NCBI GenBank assembly: GCA_032718475.1
Contig: JAUCBJ010001960.1
Location: 1 to 40,253 of the forward strand
DNA: 40,253 nucleotides
From: Nemertoderma westbladi
Lineage: Eukaryota > Animalia > Xenacoelomorpha
Direction: 5' to 3'
The notes beneath the pieces are model-generated. The model did not search any database. It was given only the letters and a program-made list of their open reading frames with translations, and was not told the origin of the DNA. Positions 35,036 to 40,253 of this stretch are shown here, one piece after another. Both the position numbers and the translations under genes were made by a program. The stretch's first letter is position 1. Each line of letters starts with the position of its first letter.

Positions 35036-36329
35036 TTTTTTTTTTTTCGGTATTTTTAAAAACACTAGCTACCTTAAAAAACTCTAGCTACCAAAAAAAA
35101 ATTACTAGCTACTACTAAATCGAATGTCAGCAAACCATATTCAAGAAAAAAAATTTCAAAAAAATGCCGTGCAAGTATCTAATTGATTAAACAAAATTGG
35201 TCAAAAATGGTCACCCAAGCTATACCAGTGCCGGAAAATCAACTACTAAGCGATTTAAAGAAACTGATTGATGTAAATTTATGTAGATAAAACAGACAGC
35301 CAACCGATGGATACCAAACCTTCTGTAAGAATCAGAAGAACAGCTGAATCGGTAATACTCGTGAATGCACGTGGTTAGTCGTAACTAATAGGCTACCAAT
35401 AACCTGAAATATAGAATTAATATTCAGGATTATAAACCAAAGAAACATATTTTTAGTTGCAATTATTTATATAATTCGTACCGTATATATAAAAGAAATT
35501 TACATAATTTACTGAATAGTAAAAACTGTATTTTGACGCCTAGAACAACAGATATTTTTGATTGATATGTTTTTAAGATATTTAGTAAAATTTAAAAATT
35601 GGGTCACCCATATCTAATAATAGCCGTTTTTATTTTACGGCATCGGTTTCGGTTTACCTTGTGCACACCCCTGTCTTTTTTTTACTACGGTAGCTATTTC
35701 AATGACGTTTTGACATTTATTAATGTTCTAGAACATCACGGGCCAAAATAATATATTGAGTTTTAATGGTACCGGTAGCTAGTAATATTGAATTAGCTAT
35801 AGTGCATTATTGTAAAACACCGGCATTTGGAAACAAATTTCAACAAATTGTGTGAAAATATTTTTTCACGATAGCTAGCACTAAATCAAAATTACTAGCT
35901 ACCATTTTATTGTCAGAAGGAAAAATATTTGTTCTACAGTAGAAAAAAACCTCATGATCTTTTATGAAAAAATTATGAAAAAATTATGAAAAACCTCATG
36001 ATCTTTTATGAAAAAATGGGTCAAAATGTGGGTACCCACTACCCAGGGCATAGTAATGCCGAAAAAACTTTAGTAATAAAGTAAATAACCTTTATTGTCG
36101 GCGTTCTATGTAGCAACTGAGCAACACAGCGGTAGTTTCTTTTGTCATCTGGCGTTCCGGTACATATTGGAGCTACATCCCGTGAGCTGCATCGGATAAG
36201 CAATAGATTAGATACAATAGCAAGCGATAGATAGATAGATAGTAAATATAAAGGAACTTCAATCCTGCTAAATGTGTATAAAATTATTTGTTATTCTATA
36301 AAAAAAAAGTACCAACCTTTTTGTAGATT

Positions 36330-37200
36330 CGAGGTTATATACCCACCAGCTACTCCGAATCACTTTAATTATTGGTACTCGAGCCACCATAATTGTATTA
36401 TTTCAACTAATTGTGGTATTTTTTTCAGAAACGGCCACATTGTAAAAAGAGCGTTACTGGTTTGTGGGAATCAACTATTCTAGAATACGGCGTTTCTTTG
36501 AAAACTAATAATACCGTAATATTAATTCCGAATATGGTTTGGCTACAAGACGTAGTAGTTTGGTAGTTTTGTAGCAGAGTTAGGATCAAGTTGAAGAATA
36601 AGGTAGTGAATTTCAGGAATAGTTGTATGTATTAGAGAGAGAGAGATTTAGAATGTGTACTGTGAATGTGACGGAGAACGTGCTGAGTTTGGTATAGAAC
36701 GTTCCAACTTTGGGCCTATTGCACGAAGTGTTCATTTAGGATTGATGAAATTTTTTTTTGATCATTGGTAATTTATATACCATCGACATACATCAGTTTT
36801 ATCTTGGATTGAGCATCTGATATTTGGTGACCATGTTTTACGCATATTCCCGTTATAGTTATTAACTGCCGTTCATAAAATGAATTTTCTGATGCTTTTT
36901 AAAATAGTATGTTTTTATATTTTTTTATATGTTAGTTCGTTTTTATGTTAGTACAAATTTAGCAAAAAGTTTATTTTTTCTATCAATACATCTTAATAAA
37001 GCTTGCATAATCCATTTCTACGGAAAATTATTTTTTGTGCTATTAATTTTTTTGGGAGATGTTTATTACACAACTCTTCAAATGAATTATAAAAATGATT
37101 AGATTTTGATTCGTTTAGGATATCGCAAGATCTGTACGGACACATTGGAATAGATTGAAAATCCGTTATAACCTGTAAATTAATCAATTTTGCTAGTAAT
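36330..37200 (-). pseudogene. Heavily decayed LINE (CR1/L2-like) ORF2 fragment
   Basis: Minus-strand remnants occur in the expected order: FYNSFEELCNKHLPKK, KWIMQAL, LQLDPNSA, VAKPYSELI, KPVTLFLQCG (linker into RT start). Many stops and frameshifts. Confidence 0.4.
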
Positions 37201-38212
37201 AAATTTTGCCCTATCGCAACTTTTTGCCGAAACGCGATCGTATGCGTCTATCATAATCTGAAAACCGCTATTTAATGGGTATTTTAGTTTTCAAGTTATA
37301 ACAATTTCCATTTAGGGAGAGCTATTGATATTACTATTACTATGTATAATGAAAGGTCGATTATCTCCAAACATTTTTTTTATGAAATTATCAACTTCAA
37401 AACCGTACTACTTCTAAAATTTATGAGCAATTAGTCTGAAAATTTCTGTGGGTGTCTACATAGCCACCCTGCATAAAAGGTTCAAACAAATTTTGACATT
37501 TTTAGTTAATAACATTGAATACTATTTATAACTCGAGGCAGGGGGGAAACTGGACGCAAAACCCGCTTTGGTGAATTAATGTCCCGCCTCAATGTTAAAT
37601 TCTCAATTTAGGGATAGGAGCAGGTTAAAGTGGCACGTTATTTTAACCAAGACAATAAACTAATCACAATAGAACAAGATACAGTTTTACTTTTGAGTAT
37701 TATTATTTTGACGTCCCTCCCACTTTTCAGTTAGGGGGGGACACCATATCATATGTCCCCGGCACTTTTTACACTTTGTATATACAATTTAAAATTCAAA
37801 TAATCGTAACAAACTCTGATCGGTTATTACAGTGTAACTATTAACTCCTACGTACATATCAATCCCTCCCAACCCTGTCGCATATTTCCAAACACCACGA
37901 ACTGTTTTTGCACTGACAATATAAGTCACTTGATACTGTAATATAAGGCGTATTTCCATATCCCCAAAATTTCGTCATATACTGTATTGTTTTGGTTTGA
38001 ATAACTAAAACAAATTTATTGATAATAAATTTTTTTTTGTAAATTACCCGTGTCGAGATATCAACCCGCCTTCGCTTTCAATCCTTACCTACAAGCGCTT
38101 TAAATAGGTATCTCCTAAGTCGACATTGTAATGACGTTGTTGCAGGGAAACTAAATAATGTAATAAATTCAGAATTTGTCAAAAGGATTATCTGAGATAT
38201 GGCAGTATAATG

Positions 38213-38580
38213 TGTGAGCGGATTCAATTCCGCCTCACCATCCCCATAAAGTTGGGAAGTGGCGTTTTCAGCAATATTGGGGAATACGAGGTTAATCACA
38301 ATTAACCTCGTATCACCCCCAATAACGGGGACAACATATAGCCCCAAAGAGCCACACAAAAGAGGTTAGAGGTCAAGCTACCTCGCGAAGGGAAGTGACA
38401 GCAGTGGGGGGGAAACACTCCCACAGATGTGGGAGCCGAGAATTAGGTTATTGGCCAATCAGGGACAAGGGAAAGCATCCGCTAGGTAGCAAGGCCACAA
38501 TAGCGTAGGAGTGAATATATATTATCAGCATACCTCATTTACCGGTCAGTTATCTCAGTCATTTCAGTTCAGCATTCAGG
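38213..38580 (+). mobile_element. Third LTR of the same BEL family, 3'-truncated
   Basis: Begins TGTGAGCGGATTCAATTCCGCC and aligns to the element 1 LTR through the TATA/TCAGT region. It is not preceded by a PPT. Confidence 0.9.
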
Positions 38581-39835
38581 TCAGGTCAGGTATTCTAGGT
38601 CATTGATCAAGAAAACTTGCCACCTCCATGCAGCGTAAAGGAGGTGCCACCTGTAGCTGCATAGACCCTCTTACTAGGGCAAATCTGGTCCTGTAACTAG
38701 GACCCCCTTCGTTCTGGGATAAGGACGCCCTTGGTCCTGGATTAAGGACCCATATACTTGGCTGCAGGGGTATATGGCCTGACCAGGCAGATGGTGATCT
38801 ACCAATGGCTGGTCAGAGTAGAGTGTTCTCATGTCCACTCTGAGAGCACTTCACTGCGACCTGCACCTGGCAGCAAGGGTACAGGGCATGACCCAGCAGA
38901 TGAGCTGCAACAGCCAATGGTGGGTCATGTGCGCCAGAGTAGATATGGGTGATGGGCCTCATATCTGACTCCATTGCGACACCCACCCTGTGGAATGGCA
39001 AACCAGGGTGTGGTATTTGCCCCGAGAGCTGACTCGGCAAAAAAGCACCCCCCAACCCCCACTATGGATTACATTAGCAATGCGGAGGTCCGGCCACTAG
39101 AGGCCAGTGGAATTACCGGACACAATCGGCCTCACAGGCGTCAGTTAACTCCTGACCGGCTGCCTGTCTCACCCCCTACTGGAGAGAGAGCAGCCAACAA
39201 TTCTTTGAGTCCCTTTCCTGATGACCTTTCTGGCCCAAACCCTGGGTCACCAGGAAGGCCAGATTGTGATGGGGAGAGGGATTCTGGAGTTGGAGGCTAC
39301 TCTCATGTTCCACCCCGACCAACAAAGCCATTGGTGAATCTGAGGCAAGTCACAAGACTAGCCTCAGTAAACACCCTAACACTCGGGTCCCCAATGCGAC
39401 AAGGTGAGCTGACTGCCTTGGCAGATAAGCTTTCTCTTAGCGCAGTGGGTGTTCAAGAGCACCGAATGCAGACTGGACAGACTGATGAGGTTCTGATTAA
39501 GGACATGGGGGGCGGTTGGCGACTCGCCCTCGCGTCAGCAGATGATAGTGGCAATGGTGGAATTGGTCTATTGATGAATCCAACTGCACATGCAGCATTG
39601 GACAAAATAGACCAAATCTCTAACCGCATCATCCGTTGCCACTTCTCATGTTCTGGAAGACTGGCTAAGAAGTTTCCTAAGGTGGTTCTGATTGTGTGCT
39701 ACTCTCCAACTAGTGTTGCCCCTGTAGAGGAGGTGGAAAATTTCTACCACAATCTACAAGCAGCTACTGATGGAGTGGATCAGCATGCATTCTTAACATT
39801 CCTGGGAGACTTTAATGCAAGTCTGCATCAATCAC
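38580..39835 (+). mobile_element. 5' part of an RTE-like non-LTR retrotransposon (5' UTR and APE endonuclease), 3'-truncated
   Basis: ORF 38974-39882 has LASVNTLTL, VGVQEHR, GGIGLLM, ISNRII, IVCYSPT, VENFY..L and LGDFNA. Homology ends at the (TATG)n run near 39838. The 5' boundary is approximate. Confidence 0.85.
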
Positions 39836-40253
39836 ATATGTATGTATGTATGTATGTATTATATAGACTATCATTTGGTTAAAATAAGCACTAAACATAA
39901 TATATCAAATGTAGCAGAATTTAAGTTGTCCTAAAAAATGGTTATAGATTTACGCTAATTTAACAGTCCTAAGAAAGATATCGTTCTACAATTAATGAGG
40001 ACCAAAACATAATAGTATTAATAATAAGTTAATTCAAATGTAATAATTAATTCAGGCGTTGTATATTTATAAATATAGACAGTAAAGTAAGCTAATTAAT
40101 TAAAGTAGTTGATAATTGTCATTAATAAATATCATGATAATAAAGTAATGTCGTACAGTATGTACAAATATAAGTATAATATATTGGTAATGATTAATAT
40201 ACATGGGCTCTTAATTAGTACAGTAGGTTGTGCAATGTCAATTGAATAAATAA

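Overview
AT-rich, repeat-dense metazoan (probably invertebrate) genomic DNA with no intact host gene recognised. It is dominated by two related BEL/Pao LTR retrotransposons: element 1 at 7777-19098 (TSD ACTAT) and element 2 at 21559-29957 (TSD GAGGA). A third, truncated LTR of the same family starts at 38213 and runs into an RTE-like LINE. Two things set the family apart. (1) There is no tRNA-type (TGG...) primer-binding site. Instead, the ~30 nt directly after each 5' LTR are complementary to the element's own predicted R region, the pairing stops exactly at the LTR edge, and the two diverged elements show compensatory changes, which suggests self-priming. (2) After pol there is an extra ~870-codon ORF with a DEDDy-type 3'-5' exonuclease domain and three CCHC zinc knuckles. 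Element 1 split an intronless ORF with H-box/NC (LRAT-like, permuted NlpC/P60) motifs and itself carries a non-autonomous piggyBac-type insertion. The rest is minisatellites, a probable Merlin remnant, a tRNA-derived sequence, MITE-like repeats and a decayed LINE. All calls come from motif recognition and alignment by eye; no searches were run.
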